Below, one piece after another: positions 16,655 to 33,295 of a DNA stretch of 64,000 nt. How positions within the stretch are numbered: the first letter of the stretch is position 1; each line of letters begins with the position of its first letter. The notes below the pieces were generated by a model. It did not search any database and was not told where the DNA came from. It was given only the letters and a program-made list of their open reading frames with translations. The position numbers and the translations under genes are program-made. The stretch is from Escherichia coli (GTDB lineage Bacteria > Pseudomonadota > Gammaproteobacteria > Enterobacterales > Enterobacteriaceae): NCBI RefSeq assembly GCF_036507355.1, contig NZ_AP027877.1. The stretch is one strand, 5' to 3'.

Positions 16655-16700
16655 AGTAGCGCGCATTCTATGGAGACATGCGAGTTCATGCAACTAAAAA
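16655..16700 (-). promoter_or_regulatory. thrU-tyrU-glyT-thrT-tufB operon promoter
   Basis: - strand reads TTGCAT(-35), 17 bp spacer, TAGAAT(-10), just upstream of thrU. Confidence 0.6.
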
Positions 16701-17011
16701 ATTGCATAATTTGTTTTATTGGTCACATTTTATGCGACACGATGAAGAAACAGCCGAATGGAGGGCAGATTAGCACACTTTTTCAACATCATTGTGCTCA
16801 ACAATGCGCTCCTGCTAAACCATAATTCTTTTTATCAGATGGAATATCTGTCACATTGCTTTTCAACGATAGCTTCCTGGGAGAGATTTTTTCTTATTAT
16901 TCCTCCCCATCTGGTGTTACCCTCCTGCCCATTAACCCATTCAACAGAACTGTGACGCGCCATGGCAAATATCGCTTTGCCGATAGAGCTATGACCGCCA
17001 GAAACATGCTT

Positions 17012-17962
17012 ATGAGTATAAAAGAGCAAACGTTAATGACGCCTTACCTACAGTTTGACCGCAACCAGTGGGCAGCTCTGCGTGATTCCGTACCTATGAC
17101 GTTATCGGAAGATGAGATCGCCCGTCTCAAAGGTATTAATGAAGATCTCTCGTTAGAAGAAGTTGCCGAGATCTATTTACCTCTGTCACGTTTGCTGAAC
17201 TTCTATATAAGCTCGAATCTGCGCCGTCAGGCAGTTCTGGAACAGTTTCTTGGTACCAACGGGCAACGCATTCCTTACATTATCAGTATTGCTGGTAGTG
17301 TCGCGGTGGGGAAAAGTACAACCGCCCGTGTATTGCAGGCACTATTAAGCCGTTGGCCGGAACATCGTCGTGTTGAACTGATCACTACAGATGGCTTCCT
17401 TCACCCTAATCAGGTTCTGAAAGAACGTGGTCTGATGAAGAAGAAAGGCTTCCCGGAATCGTATGATATGCATCGCCTGGTGAAGTTTGTTTCCGATCTC
17501 AAGTCCGGCGTGCCAAACGTTACAGCCCCTGTTTACTCGCATCTTATTTATGATGTGATCCCGGATGGAGATAAAACTGTTGTTCAGCCTGATATTTTAA
17601 TTCTTGAAGGGTTAAATGTCTTACAGAGCGGGATGGATTATCCACACGATCCACATCATGTATTTGTTTCTGATTTTGTCGATTTTTCGATATATGTTGA
17701 TGCACCGGAAGACTTACTTCAGACATGGTATATCAACCGTTTTCTGAAATTCCGCGAAGGGGCTTTTACAGACCCGGATTCCTATTTTCATAACTACGCG
17801 AAATTAACTAAAGAAGAAGCTATTAAGACTGCCATGACGTTGTGGAAAGAGATCAACTGGCTGAACTTAAAGCAAAATATTCTACCTACTCGCGAGCGCG
17901 CCAGTTTAATCCTGACGAAAAGTGCTAATCATGCGGTAGAAGAGGTCAGACTACGCAAATAA
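17012..17962 (+). CDS. coaA: pantothenate kinase
   Basis: Start set at [20 protein letters not shown] (316 aa); P-loop GSVAVGKST; the ORF track's upstream extension is rejected. Confidence 0.93.
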
Positions 17963-17990
17963 TTTGCAGGGGAGCTAATGCTCCCCTTTC

Positions 17991-18956
17991 TTATTTTTCT
18001 GCACTACGCAGGGATATTTCACCGCCCATCCAGGGTTTTATTATTCCATCCTGCTCAAGCAATAAAGCGCCCTGTTTGTCTATTCCGCGTGAAATGCCAA
18101 ATATTTCTTTATCACCAATGATAAGTTTCACTGGGCGATTAATAAAATTATCCAGCTTTTCCCAGCGCGAAAGATAAGGTGCCAATCCTTCTTGTTCGAA
18201 GAGTTCCAGCGCCGCGCGTAATTCACGTATTAGCATGGCCGCCAACGTATTACGATCGAGATTGATCCCCGCTTCCTGCAGCGTGATCCACCCCTGATTA
18301 ACGACACTCTCTTCAACACGACGCATTGCCATGTTGATCCCGGCTCCAATGACTATTTGCGCCGCATCGCCGGTTTTACCAGTCAGCTCCACAAGAATGC
18401 CTGCCAGCTTGCGATCCTGCAGATAGAGGTCATTAGGCCATTTGACACGAACTTTATCTGCTCCCAGCTTGCGTAATACTTCCGCCATCACGATACCGAT
18501 AACCAGACTTAAACCAATCGCCGCCGCCGGGCCTTGTTCCAGACGCCAGAACATCGACAAATATAAGTTTGCGCCAAAAGGCGAAAACCATTTCCGCCCC
18601 CGGCGACCACGGCCAGCCTGCTGGTATTCTGCAACGCAGGCATCGCCCGATTTAAGCTCTCCGATACGATCAAGAAGGTACTGATTCGTGGAGTCAATAA
18701 CTGGCAGCACGGCTACACTACCGCCATCCAGCTGACCCAATATCTGTTCAGCATTAAGTAACTGGATGGGCTCAGGCAGGCTGTATCCTTTACCCGGAAC
18801 GGTAAAGACATCAACGCCCCAGTCACGCAGTGTCTGAATGTGTTTATTAATAGCCGCCCGGCTCATTCCCAGCGTTTCACCCAACTGCTCGCCAGAGTGA
18901 AATTCACCGTTCGCTAACAGGGCAATCAATTTCAGTGGCACGGTGTTATCCTTCAT
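17991..18956 (-). CDS. birA: biotin--[acetyl-CoA-carboxylase] ligase / bio operon repressor BirA
   Basis: 321 aa ORF; its start overlaps the murB stop by 4 bp. Confidence 0.95.
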   Translation of the reverse strand: MKDNTVPLKLIALLANGEFHSGEQLGETLGMSRAAINKHIQTLRDWGVDVFTVPGKGYSLPEPIQLLNAEQILGQLDGGSVAVLPVIDSTNQYLLDRIGELKSGDACVAEYQQAGRGRRGRKWFSPFGANLYLSMFWRLEQGPAAAIGLSLVIGIVMAEVLRKLGADKVRVKWPNDLYLQDRKLAGILVELTGKTGDAAQIVIGAGINMAMRRVEESVVNQGWITLQEAGINLDRNTLAAMLIRELRAALELFEQEGLAPYLSRWEKLDNFINRPVKLIIGDKEIFGISRGIDKQGALLLEQDGIIKPWMGGEISLRSAEK

Positions 18957-19981
18957 GAAATTGTCTCCACTGCGCTCACTTCACCTGATGCACCAATAAA
19001 GCGGACTTCAGGCTCAAGCCAGACATTAAATTTTTCACCCACTTTTTGTCTTACATGGTGTGCCAGTTGCACCACATCTTCGCTTTTTGCATTGTCTTCA
19101 TTAATGAGAACTAACGCCTGTTGACGGTGCACCGCAGCCCCACCCATTTGCATCCCTTTTAGCTGGCACTGATCGATAAGCCAACCTGCTGCCAGTTTTA
19201 CTGAACCATCCGCCTGGGGGTAATTTGGTGCTGTTGGAAATTGTGACAGTAATGCTTTAGCCGTTTCGGCAGATACAACAGGGTTTTTGAAGAAACTACC
19301 GGCATTGCCATTCACTTTTGGATCAGGGAGTTTGGTGGTGCGCATATGACACACCGCATTAAATACTTGCTGTGGCGTTACTGTTGTAGGCTCCAGACGA
19401 GTTAAGTCACCATACGTTAGTACAGGTTGCCACTCTTTTGGCAGACGCAGACCTACGGCTACAATGGCGAAGCGGTCCTGGTATTCATGTTTAAAAATAC
19501 TGTCGCGATAGCCAAAACGGCACTCTTTGGCAGTTAAGCGCACTTGCTTGCCTGTCGCCAGTTCAACACAATCAACATAAGCGCAAACTCGCTGTAATTC
19601 TACGCCATAAGCACCAATATTCTGGATAGGTGATGAGCCGACACAACCAGGAATTAATGCCAGATTTTCCAGACCAGGCATACCTTCCTGCAAAGTGTAT
19701 TTTACCAGGCGATGCCAGTTTTCTCCGGCTCCTACATGTAAATACCACGCATCAGGTTCATCATGAATTTCGATACCTTTGATCCGGTTGATGATCACCG
19801 TGCCGCGATAGTCTTCCAGAAAAAGTACATTACTTCCTTCACCCAGAATAAGAACGGGTTGCCCTTCTGCGGTTGCATGCTGCCAGGCATTGAGTAGTTG
19901 TTGTTCGTCTTCGGCACATACAATGTGCTGAGCATTATGATCAATGCCAAATGTGTTCCAGGGTTTTAAGGAGTGGTTCAT
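18953..19981 (-). CDS. murB: UDP-N-acetylenolpyruvoylglucosamine reductase
   Basis: 342 aa [345 protein letters not shown], directly downstream of the rrn operon. Confidence 0.95.
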   Translation of the reverse strand: MNHSLKPWNTFGIDHNAQHIVCAEDEQQLLNAWQHATAEGQPVLILGEGSNVLFLEDYRGTVIINRIKGIEIHDEPDAWYLHVGAGENWHRLVKYTLQEGMPGLENLALIPGCVGSSPIQNIGAYGVELQRVCAYVDCVELATGKQVRLTAKECRFGYRDSIFKHEYQDRFAIVAVGLRLPKEWQPVLTYGDLTRLEPTTVTPQQVFNAVCHMRTTKLPDPKVNGNAGSFFKNPVVSAETAKALLSQFPTAPNYPQADGSVKLAAGWLIDQCQLKGMQMGGAAVHRQQALVLINEDNAKSEDVVQLAHHVRQKVGEKFNVWLEPEVRFIGASGEVSAVETIS

Positions 19982-20059
19982 AGCTGCTTTCCTGATGCAA
20001 AAACGAGGCTAGTTTACCGTATCTGTGGGGGGATGGCTTGTAGTTATGACGACAGGGAG

Positions 20060-20112
20060 AGTTTGTAGAAACGCAAAAAGGCCCAGTCTTCCGACCGGGC
20101 CTTCTGCTTAAT
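20060..20112 (-). terminator. rrn operon terminator following the 5S gene
   Basis: - strand reads CAAATTAAGCAGAAGGCCCGGTCGGAAGACTGGGCCTTTTTGCGTTTCTAC: a GC hairpin plus U-run. Confidence 0.75.
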
Positions 20113-20115
20113 TTG

Positions 20116-20235
20116 ATGCCTGGCAGTTCCCTACTCTCGCATGGGGAGACCCCACACTACCATCGGCGCTACGGCGTTTCACTTCTGAGTTCGGCATGGG
20201 ATCAGGTGGGACCACCGCGCTACGGCCGCCAGGCA
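20116..20235 (-). rRNA. rrfB: 5S ribosomal RNA
   Basis: 120 nt; reverse complement reads TGCCTGGCGGCCGTAGCGCGGTGGTCCCACCTGACCCCATGCCGAACTCAGAAGTGAAACGCCGTAGCGCCGATGGTAGTGTGGGGTCTCCCCATGCGAGAGTAGGGAACTGCCAGGCAT. Confidence 0.97.
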
Positions 20236-20328
20236 AATTCTGTTTTATCAGACCGCTTCTGCGTTCTGATTTAATCTGTATCAGGCTGAAAATCTTCTCT
20301 CAATCCGCCAAAACAGCTTCGGCGTTGT

Positions 20329-23232
<2,904 letters not shown>

Positions 23233-23424
23233 CACAACCCGAAGATGTTTCTTTCGATTCATCATCGTGTTGCGAAAATTTGAGAGACTCACGAACAACT
23301 CTCGTTGTTCAGTGTTTCAATTTTCAGCTTGATCCAGATTTTTAAAGAGCAAATATCTCAAACATCACCCGAAGATGAGTTTTGAGATATTAAGGTCGGC
23401 GACTTTCACTCACAAACCAGCAAG

Positions 23425-23500
23425 TGGCGTCCCCTAGGGGATTCGAACCCCTGTTACCGCCGTGAAAGGGCGGTGTCCTGGGCCTCTAGACGAAGGGGAC
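23425..23500 (-). tRNA. gltT: tRNA-Glu (anticodon UUC), rrn spacer tRNA
   Basis: Reverse complement reads GTCCCCTTCGTCTAGAGGCCCAGGACACCGCCCTTTCACGGCGGTAACAGGGGTTCGAATCCCCTAGGGGACGCCA. Confidence 0.95.
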
Positions 23501-23585
23501 GTATCAGTCTGCTTCGCAAGACGCCTTGCTTTTCACTTTCTATCAGACAATCTGTGTGAGCACTACAAAGAACGCTTCTTTAAGG

Positions 23586-25127
<1,542 letters not shown>

Positions 25128-25289
25128 AAAAGTTTGATGCTCAAAGAATTAAACTTCGTAATGAATTACGTGTTCACTCTTGAGACTTGGTATTCATTTT
25201 TCGTCTTGCGACGTTAAGAATCCGTATCTTCGAGTGCCCACACAGATTGTCTGATAAATTGTTAAAGAGCAGTGCCGCTTCGCTTTTTC

Positions 25290-25460
25290 TCAGCGGCGCG
25301 GGGTGTGCATAATACACTTTCCCACTACAGAGTCAAGCATTTATTTTTGCTTTCTCTGCCGGAATTCTCAGGAGAACCCCGCTGACCCGGCGGCGTGTTT
25401 GCCGTTGTTCCGTGTCAGTGGTGGCGCATTATAGGGAGTTATTCCGGCCTGACAAGAGGA
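25290..25460 (-). promoter_or_regulatory. rrn P1 and P2 promoters and leader (boxA antitermination region)
   Basis: - strand shows P1 TTGTCAGGCCGGAATAACTCCCTATAATGCGCCACCACT, P2 TTGACTCTGTAGTGGGAAAGTGTATTATGCACACC, and boxA TGCTCTTTAACAATTTATCA. Confidence 0.85.
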
Positions 25461-25500
25461 AATTTAAAATAATTTTCCGACCGCGCAACATTCAACCAAA

Positions 25501-26358
25501 TCAGCCTAAAACTGCCAGTTTTTCGAGCGTTTCGAAGCCGTAACGCTGTAAAACGGGCAATAATTGTTCAGCTTCTGGCGTCATTGCCATACAAAAGGCA
25601 ATATTCGCATCGGCAGATTTTGCATCCGGGGCTTCATGTTCTAACAACCAGGCCGTTCGGCGAGCAATCGCTGCGCCAGAATCCACCAGCCGGGTTCCCT
25701 CTGGCAGCACTTGTAACAGTTCTTCTTGTAGTAGAGGGAAATGGGTGCAACCCAATACAACGGTATCTGGCGGCTCTTTCATTCTTAACCACGGGCGTAG
25801 GATACGTTTTAGTGCATCCAGAGAAACATCTTCGCCATGCAGCTTCGCTTCAGCCAACTCAACCATCTCTGCCGAGCCCAGCATTTCTATCTGGCATTCA
25901 TTAGCGAAACGCGCGATCAGCTCATGAGTATAAGAACGTTTAACTGTTCCGCGGGTTGCCAGTAATCCGACAATGCCATTTGCCGTCAGACGTGCAGCAG
26001 GTTTAATCGCCGGCACGACACCAACAACCGGGAAGTCGAACTTTTCGCGTAATGCAGGAAGTGAAACGGTACTGGCGGTGTTGCAAGCGACCACAGCCAG
26101 CGCAAGGGGATAACGTTCTTGCACCGCGGTGACAATTGCCACCACTCGCTCAACAATAAACGCTTCGCTTTTTTCGCCATACGGGAAAGCGACGTTATCG
26201 AAAGCATAAATGTAATGGAGATCCGGTAAGAGATGCCGGATCTCGTCATAGACCGACAACCCACCGACGCCGGAGTCAAACACCAGCACGGTGGGACGTG
26301 GTTCAGAAGGTGTAGCTGCCAGACAAGGTGTATTTCCGTCCTGCAGTTTGGTAGCCAT
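25501..26358 (-). CDS. murI: glutamate racemase
   Basis: Start set at [20 protein letters not shown] (285 aa); its 5' end overlaps the 3' end of btuB. Confidence 0.93.
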   Translation of the reverse strand: MATKLQDGNTPCLAATPSEPRPTVLVFDSGVGGLSVYDEIRHLLPDLHYIYAFDNVAFPYGEKSEAFIVERVVAIVTAVQERYPLALAVVACNTASTVSLPALREKFDFPVVGVVPAIKPAARLTANGIVGLLATRGTVKRSYTHELIARFANECQIEMLGSAEMVELAEAKLHGEDVSLDALKRILRPWLRMKEPPDTVVLGCTHFPLLQEELLQVLPEGTRLVDSGAAIARRTAWLLEHEAPDAKSADANIAFCMAMTPEAEQLLPVLQRYGFETLEKLAVLG

Positions 26359-28147
26359 AGACTGTCTCATAATCTTTGTCGAACAGGTTGGCTATTTTAC
26401 CACGAACTGTCAGATGAGAGGTGACCGGATACGCAACCGCAAGATCCCACAAGCTCACACCGCCCATTTTAACGGTTTGATAAGGATAAGATGAGTAATC
26501 CTTATCATAGCGAGTGCCTAAATACTGATAAGTAATACCCCAGTCGAAGTCATACAACTGCCAGTCGAGCTGGTATTTCACCTGCTGTTTAGCACGGCGT
26601 AACAACGGCGTGTCGGTAATCGCATTGCGCGCATCGACATAATCATAACTCACAGTATGCGTCAGTGGTCCGGTATCAAAATTGGCGGTCGCCTCGACGC
26701 CCTTAATCCGCGCTTTCCCTTCGTTGTAATATTTCAGGGTGTGATCATCATAATCGATCAAGTCACTGACATCGTTACGATATCCGGAAATACGCCAGTT
26801 CACCCCAGCGGTTAAGCCTTCAAACGCGCCTTCCCACTGTTTGCTTTTCTCCGGGTCCAGATTTGGATTTCCGTAGAAGCCATACAGTTGCCCCAGATTT
26901 GGTGCCTTATAAGATGTCCCGTAGGAAGCAATGAAGCGATAACCTTCGATGAATTCCCAACCGGCGCTGGTTTGCCAGGTTCCATGACGACCAAACTGTG
27001 AGTTATCGTCGCTGCGTGCTGCGCCTTCAAAGGTAAAATCGCCGACTTGTTGCAGCCCGGTCAGATAGATGCCGGTATTACGTTGATCATATCCATCCTC
27101 AACATAACCTGTACCCGGCGTCGTAGTCTGTTTCTGCCAGTCGACACCCGCACCAATACTACCGTGACCAACGATGACATTGTTTGCCCACTGGACGGTG
27201 TATTGCTTCATCTCATCGAGCGTCGCCGACGAATCATAACGACCATAATGGGGATCGTAGTTGTAATCTTTGCTATGGCTATAGCTGGTAATGAGTTGTG
27301 ATTTAATCAGTTCGCCGTTATAGCGCAGCCCGGCGTCCCAACTTTGGCTATAGAGTTTACGGGTATCGACCAACGGTGAACCGGGAGAATAATACGCGTC
27401 ATAATTGGTACGGTTATCATAGCCATAGCCGCGCACAAAGCCGCTCCAGGCATCAGTAAAGTTATGCTCCAGCGCGCCATAAAGCGTTTTACTTAAAAAA
27501 CCATCGTTATCTGTCTGCGCTTGCGTTCCGGTATTACCATAGGCAACAACATCATAACCATGAGTATGGGCATAATCGCCCAACAACGTTACTCGTGTCT
27601 TATCACCCAGTTGTTGCTGTGTAGAGACATCATAGTTTTGATAACTATTGCTTCCCCACCCTGCTGAAATTTCCGTTCCGGGTTCATCGCGCGTCGTGAT
27701 GATATTCACCACCCCGCCTATTGCATCGGAACCATAAACGGCGGAGCGCGGCCCACGGATATATTCAACACGCTGGACAAGCGCAATCGGGAACTGGCTA
27801 AGGTCGGCAGAACCACTCACCCCCGCCAGATTCAGGCGTACGCCATCAATTAACACCAACACATGACTGGCATTTGTACCGCGAATAAAAATAGATGAGA
27901 GCTGACCTGAACCGCCGTTTTGGGTGATATCGACGCCCGGAAGACGGCGCAGCACATCATTAACCGAGGTCGACTGCCAGCGGTCGATATCCTGACGCGT
28001 CACAACGGTGGTTGGTGCAAGCACAGTGCTGCGCGGCTGTTCAAAACGGTTAGCAGTAACGACGAGAGTATCCGGGCTGGTATCCTGTGCCCAAGCGGAA
28101 AAGGCTGTGACAGAACACGCCGTCAGCAGCGAAGCTTTTTTAATCAT
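26303..28147 (-). CDS. btuB: TonB-dependent vitamin B12 outer membrane receptor
   Basis: Start set at [20 protein letters not shown] (614 aa); TonB box DTLVVTA; C-terminal ...YTLSGSYTF. Confidence 0.95.
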   Translation of the reverse strand: MIKKASLLTACSVTAFSAWAQDTSPDTLVVTANRFEQPRSTVLAPTTVVTRQDIDRWQSTSVNDVLRRLPGVDITQNGGSGQLSSIFIRGTNASHVLVLIDGVRLNLAGVSGSADLSQFPIALVQRVEYIRGPRSAVYGSDAIGGVVNIITTRDEPGTEISAGWGSNSYQNYDVSTQQQLGDKTRVTLLGDYAHTHGYDVVAYGNTGTQAQTDNDGFLSKTLYGALEHNFTDAWSGFVRGYGYDNRTNYDAYYSPGSPLVDTRKLYSQSWDAGLRYNGELIKSQLITSYSHSKDYNYDPHYGRYDSSATLDEMKQYTVQWANNVIVGHGSIGAGVDWQKQTTTPGTGYVEDGYDQRNTGIYLTGLQQVGDFTFEGAARSDDNSQFGRHGTWQTSAGWEFIEGYRFIASYGTSYKAPNLGQLYGFYGNPNLDPEKSKQWEGAFEGLTAGVNWRISGYRNDVSDLIDYDDHTLKYYNEGKARIKGVEATANFDTGPLTHTVSYDYVDARNAITDTPLLRRAKQQVKYQLDWQLYDFDWGITYQYLGTRYDKDYSSYPYQTVKMGGVSLWDLAVAYPVTSHLTVRGKIANLFDKDYETVYGYQTAGRKYTLSGSYTF

Positions 28148-28386
28148 TGTAAAGCATCCACAATAGAAGAAGGATGCCGCAGGTTTCATCAATATTACGC
28201 GATGATGAGAACCAGATGCGACGTTGGCCGGCAGGTCTTCGGGCTTGGAGGGGTATCTAAGATACTAAGAGATGATGACTTCCCACCGAATGGCAGTGTC
28301 CGCATAACGCAATCATCGCACCTTTCCTTACCGCTGCGCGTCAGCTCCAGATTCGCACTGGATTCCCTATTAACTCACAGGACCGG
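28148..28386 (-). ncRNA. btuB 5' leader containing the cobalamin (B12) riboswitch
   Basis: - strand reads GCCGGTCCTGTGAGTTAATAGGGAATCCAGTGCGAATCTGGAGCTGACGCGCAGCGGTAAGGAAAGGTGCGATGATTGCGTTATGCGGACACTGCCATTCGGTGGGAAGTCATCATCTC..., matching the E. coli btuB leader as I remember it. Confidence 0.85.
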
Positions 28387-28515
28387 CAAGTGGATGCTAC
28401 AGGTTGTAACAAGTTACTGTCCAGACGTAGCTCACAAATAGGAATTCATCAAGATCTGGACATCTGATGAGCAATCCCTACAATCGCCGCGTACTTTAAT
28501 TTTTCAGGATACATC

Positions 28516-29616
28516 ATGACCCCCGAACACCTTCCAACAGAACAGTATGAAGCGCAGTTAGCCGAAAAAGTGGTACGTTTGCAAAGTATGATGGCACCGT
28601 TTTCTGACCTGGTTCCGGAAGTGTTTCGCTCGCCGGTCAGTCATTACCGGATGCGTGCGGAGTTCCGCATCTGGCACGATGGCGATGACCTGTATCACAT
28701 CATTTTCGATCAACAAACCAAAAGCCGTATCCGCGTGGATAGCTTCCCCGCCGCCAGTGAACTCATCAACCAGTTGATGACGGCGATGATTGCGGGTGTG
28801 CGTAATAATCCCGTTCTGCGCCACAAGTTGTTCCAGATTGATTACCTCACCACGCTGAGTAATCAGGCGGTGGTTTCCTTGCTGTACCATAAAAAGCTGG
28901 ATGATGAGTGGCGTCAGGAAGCGGAAGCCCTGCGCGATGCACTGCGAGCACAGAATCTGAATGTGCATCTGATTGGTCGGGCAACGAAAACCAAAATCGC
29001 GCTGGATCAAGATTACATCGACGAACGTCTGCCGGTCGCAGGGAAAGAGATGATCTACCGTCAGGTAGAAAACAGCTTTACCCAGCCGAACGCGGCGATG
29101 AATATTCAGATGCTGGAATGGGCGCTGGACGTAACCAAAGGCTCAAAAGGCGATTTACTGGAGCTGTACTGCGGCAACGGTAACTTCTCATTAGCCCTGG
29201 CGCGCAATTTTGATCGGGTATTAGCCACCGAAATCGCCAAGCCGTCAGTCGCTGCCGCGCAATACAATATTGCCGCTAACCATATTGATAACGTACAAAT
29301 TATTCGTATGGCGGCAGAAGAATTTACTCAGGCGATGAATGGCGTGCGCGAGTTTAACCGCCTGCAAGGGATCGACTTAAAGAGCTATCAGTGCGAAACC
29401 ATTTTTGTCGACCCGCCGCGCAGCGGTCTGGACAGTGAAACCGAGAAAATGGTGCAGGCGTATCCACGTATTCTGTATATCTCCTGCAATCCGGAAACGT
29501 TATGCAAGAATCTGGAAACATTAAGCCAGACGCACAAGGTCGAACGTCTGGCTCTGTTTGATCAGTTCCCCTACACGCACCATATGGAGTGCGGCGTATT
29601 ACTGACCGCGAAGTAA
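28516..29616 (+). CDS. trmA: tRNA (uracil54-C5)-methyltransferase
   Basis: 366 aa [369 protein letters not shown] with a SAM-methyltransferase fold. Confidence 0.95.
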   Translation: MTPEHLPTEQYEAQLAEKVVRLQSMMAPFSDLVPEVFRSPVSHYRMRAEFRIWHDGDDLYHIIFDQQTKSRIRVDSFPAASELINQLMTAMIAGVRNNPVLRHKLFQIDYLTTLSNQAVVSLLYHKKLDDEWRQEAEALRDALRAQNLNVHLIGRATKTKIALDQDYIDERLPVAGKEMIYRQVENSFTQPNAAMNIQMLEWALDVTKGSKGDLLELYCGNGNFSLALARNFDRVLATEIAKPSVAAAQYNIAANHIDNVQIIRMAAEEFTQAMNGVREFNRLQGIDLKSYQCETIFVDPPRSGLDSETEKMVQAYPRILYISCNPETLCKNLETLSQTHKVERLALFDQFPYTHHMECGVLLTAK

Positions 29617-29655
29617 AACCCATGCCGGATGCGCCAGCATCCGGCATGATACCGA

Positions 29656-30015
29656 TTACTCAGCAACTTCCTGCTTACGGTTACGCATCTTCGCGCCAAT
29701 CCAGAACACCATAATGACGGAGAGTACTGCCGGGAAGAAGTTAGAGCCGATATCCGGATATTCCGCACGAACTACCGTGCTGTACAGCAGTACGCCGAGA
29801 ATAAAACAGGCAGCTGCCAGACCCGGCAAGCCTACCGGCATGGTGCGATTAAGATAACGTTGATGCAGGCAGTAAACCGTCAGCACCAGGGAAATAATCG
29901 GGAATACAGAAAATGGCACAATGGAGCTAAACAGCGCTGCGAAAGTACCATTAATCGATAAGCCAGCAACCAACGCCAGCAGCAGCGTACCTCTATCTTG
30001 ATTTGCTTGTTTCAT
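29656..30015 (-). CDS. yijD: inner membrane protein YijD
   Basis: 119 aa hydrophobic ORF; its start overlaps the fabR stop (ATGA), consistent with a fabR-yijD operon. Confidence 0.9.
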
Positions 30016-30662
30016 TACTCGTCCTTCACATTTCCCGGAATAATTGCGGTTTTCTCTTGTTCACGGCGATACCAGTAATAAGCCCCTTTCGAAATCATTC
30101 GCAGTTGCAGTACCAGTCGCTCTTCTAATTGCCGACGTTGTTCGACGCCGACGTCCAACGCCTCGGCACCCGCACTGAAGACAATTGTCACCATTGCTTC
30201 GGCTTGCGCTTCAGTAAACGCACGCGGCATATGGTTTTCGAGTTCCAGATAGTCCGCAAGTTCCGCAATGAAGTGCTGAATTTCACGCGCAACGGCGGCA
30301 CGAAACGCAGCGGAGGTGCCGGAGCGTTCCCGCAATAATAACCGGAAGGCGTTAGGATTATTACCGATGAACTCCATAAATGTGGAGACCGAGGTGCGGA
30401 TCACACTCCCGCCTTTGGCGATACGCTGACGCGCCTGGCGCATGAGTTGGCGTAGCATTAAACCGCTCTCATCAACCATGGTCAGACCCAGTTCGTCTAC
30501 GTCGCGGAAATGCCGATAAAAAGAGGTGGGAGCAATGCCCGCTTCACGCGCCACTTCACGCAAACTCAGGCTGGCGAAGCTGCGTTCAGCACTTAATTGG
30601 CTAAATGCGGCTTCCACCAGCGAACGGCGGGTTTTTTCTTTTTGTTGCGCTCTTACGCCCAT
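30015..30662 (-). CDS. fabR: TetR-family repressor of unsaturated fatty acid biosynthesis FabR
   Basis: Start set at [13 protein letters not shown] (215 aa) with a TetR-type HTH; alternative upstream starts at 30719 and 30758 exist in frame. Confidence 0.85.
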
Positions 30663-30768
30663 CACGATGTCTGAATCCTTGCCAAAAGTACTGCTGGCAC
30701 TATACCAGAGAATGAACATACTGGATTGCTCCAGTATTGTGAATGAACGGTAACGCAATAAAACATAT

Positions 30769-32085
30769 TTACTGCAATTCTTTGGCCGGTTCTTTTACGT
30801 ACAACAACGCCAACATCGACAGCAACGTGCCTCCACCCAGATACCACGCCGGAGCCGTCAAACTATCCAGCAACACGATGGATTGCGTAGCGAAATATTG
30901 AGCAAAACCGCCAAAGATTGCCACACCAATGCTATAAACCAGCGCAAAACCCAATGCCCGAATCCGTTTCGGCAACAGTTCAGAGATCAACAACATCACT
31001 GGCACACCGCCAAGCGTGGTAAAGCTGACCATCACGAAAACCACCGTCAGCAACATGCCAGGGCTTGGGTAATTCACCAACAGCCAGAATGACGGCCAGC
31101 TACAGATCAGCACCATCACACGGGAGATTAAAATCAGCTTTTTACGCCCGACCGAATCGCACAACATCCCCACAAGCAGCGCACCCACAAACGTAATAAC
31201 GCCCGCCAGTAACATCGCTGCATGAGAATAATGTTGAGGCATCGCCAGATACTTCGCCGCCCAGGTGCCGTAATAAAAGAGGGAGATATAGGTTGCGACC
31301 GTGCTACCAATAGCGAGTAAAACGCCATTAACGATAGTCGCCTTATGTTGCAGGAGCAGAGAAAACGCGCTTTCGCTGGTAGCAGCTTTTTTATTGCGCA
31401 CAGGCTCAGGTACGTCATTTTCCAGACTCAAACGCAACCAACAGCCGACAGGCGCTAATAACACGCCAATAAAAAACGGCACACGCCAGCCCCATTCAGC
31501 CATGACGGTTTCTGAACCGGTCGCAAAGGGCAGCCATGCACTTAAACCTAAAGCGACAACACCTCCAAAAGTTGTTGCCAGGCCTTGAGTCGCCAGTGAC
31601 CAACTGCTGTAAAAACCGCGACGATTTGCCGGAGCTGATTCAACCAACAAAGACATTGAGGCACCGACTTCGCCTCCTGCCGCAACGCCCTGAATTAGAC
31701 GCGCTAGCACCAGCGTCGCGGTTCCCCAATAGCCCGCCGTCGCATACGTCGGCGCAATGCCAATCATCAACGTGCCGAGGCTCATCAGGGCAATAGTGAA
31801 CACCATCGCGGGTTTGCGTCCGAAACGATCGGCCCAGGCCCCGACGATAATTCCACCAAGCGGGCGCATAAAAAAACTCACGCCAAACGTTGCAAATGCC
31901 AGTAACAGCGCGACATTGTGATCAGCGCTGGGTGGGAAGAAAAGCGTACTGATATAGACCACAAAAAAGTTGTAAACGCCAAAATCAAAAAATTCGAGCG
32001 CATTGCCAAACGCCGAGGCAAAAATCACCCGCCTGCCACTAGGCTTTTTCTTCACACTCACGCTTTCATTTACGATCGCCGTCAT
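30769..32085 (-). CDS. MFS transporter, metabolite:H+ symporter (MHS) type (ProP/KgtP/ShiA-like)
   Basis: 438 aa, multi-span hydrophobic profile, with the MFS/MHS signature [13 protein letters not shown]; not expected between fabR and sthA in the K-12 order. Confidence 0.8.
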
Positions 32086-32128
32086 TCCATGTTCCTTGCC
32101 ATAAAGAGTTGTTGTGTTGTTTTTTTAT

Positions 32129-33295
32129 TTATTGCAGCCAGGCTTCTACCAGTGCGCCCCAGTAGCTGCTTGCCGGGATCAGACTTGCATCGTTGAAGTC
32201 GTAACCCGGGTTATGCACCATGCAGGAACCTTCCCCGACATCGCCATTACCGAATAACAGGAAACCGCCTTTGGGTTGGGCTTCCAGCATGAAAGAGAAA
32301 TCCTCACTGCCCATCAGGGGCTTGATGCCAAACTCGGCCCGATCTTCACCAAACGTTTTACACGCCACCTGCCAGGCGAAGCGCGCCATCTCCTCGTCAT
32401 TCACTAATACCGGTGTACCGTTAACATGCGTAACCTCAGCCGTAGCACCAAAGCTGGCAGCCTGGGCCTGTGCCAAAGCAGGAATACGGGTCAGAAGAAG
32501 TTGTCGGGTATCGCGGCTAAGAGAGCGGACGCTGATTTTCATCTCAGCACTGTCAGGAATGACGTTAGCCGCCTCCCCTGCAACAATGCTGCCAACGGTA
32601 ATTACCGCCGCTTCCAGCGGATCGACATTGCGTGACACAATGCTTTGTAATGCGGTGGTGATATGTGCGGCAACCAGCACCGGATCGATGGCTTTGTGCG
32701 GGATCGCACCGTGTCCGCCACAACCACGAACCGTAATATGGAACTGATCCATTGACGCCATCAGTGCCCCTGGCTGGAAATAAAACTTACCCACCGGCAG
32801 ACCGGGCATGTTATGCATGCCGAAAATGACATCGCAGGGGAAACGATCAAAAAGCCCCTCTTTAACCATGATCTCACCGCCGTTAATCATCTCTTCCGCA
32901 GGCTGGAAGATAAGACGTAACGTGCCGTTAAAACGGCGGGTTTCGGCAAAATAACGCGCGGCCCCCAGCAGTATGGTGGTATGCCCGTCATGCCCGCAGG
33001 CGTGCATTAAACCAGGATGTTTACTGGCCCAGGGCTTGCCACTATTTTCATAAATCGGCAACGCATCCATATCCGCCCGCAGGCCAATACTTTTCTCTCC
33101 GTCGCCCACTTTTAACGTGGCTACCACGCCGGTTGTCGCCAGCCCTTGCTCAACCTTATAGCCCCACTGGCGCAGCTTTTCCGCAACCAAAGCACTGGTT
33201 TTAAATTCTTGTAATCCCAGCTCCGGGTTTTCGTGGATCTGATGGCGGATCTCACGCAGTTCTTCCTCAAACCCTCGAATATAGTGTTCGATCAT
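32129..33295 (-). CDS. M20D-family amidohydrolase (hippurate hydrolase / N-acyl-amino-acid amidohydrolase-like)
   Basis: 388 aa with the metal-binding motif MHACGHDGHT typical of M20D amidohydrolases; 43 bp upstream of the MFS gene on the same strand, so likely one operon. Confidence 0.8.
   Translation of the reverse strand: MIEHYIRGFEEELREIRHQIHENPELGLQEFKTSALVAEKLRQWGYKVEQGLATTGVVATLKVGDGEKSIGLRADMDALPIYENSGKPWASKHPGLMHACGHDGHTTILLGAARYFAETRRFNGTLRLIFQPAEEMINGGEIMVKEGLFDRFPCDVIFGMHNMPGLPVGKFYFQPGALMASMDQFHITVRGCGGHGAIPHKAIDPVLVAAHITTALQSIVSRNVDPLEAAVITVGSIVAGEAANVIPDSAEMKISVRSLSRDTRQLLLTRIPALAQAQAASFGATAEVTHVNGTPVLVNDEEMARFAWQVACKTFGEDRAEFGIKPLMGSEDFSFMLEAQPKGGFLLFGNGDVGEGSCMVHNPGYDFNDASLIPASSYWGALVEAWLQ

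Noticed and set aside
16856-17011. N-terminal extensions offered by the ORF track for coaA, and likewise for rpoB, murI, btuB, fabR, oxyR, argB, argE, pflC, frwC, gldA, yijE and katG.
   Set aside because: The extended frames run into promoter or tRNA regions or into upstream genes; the internal start codons give the established protein lengths and better RBS context.
27920-28441. 173 aa ORF on the + strand upstream of trmA.
   Set aside because: It overlaps the btuB N-terminus and the btuB B12 riboswitch leader on the opposite strand; no RBS or domain supports it.
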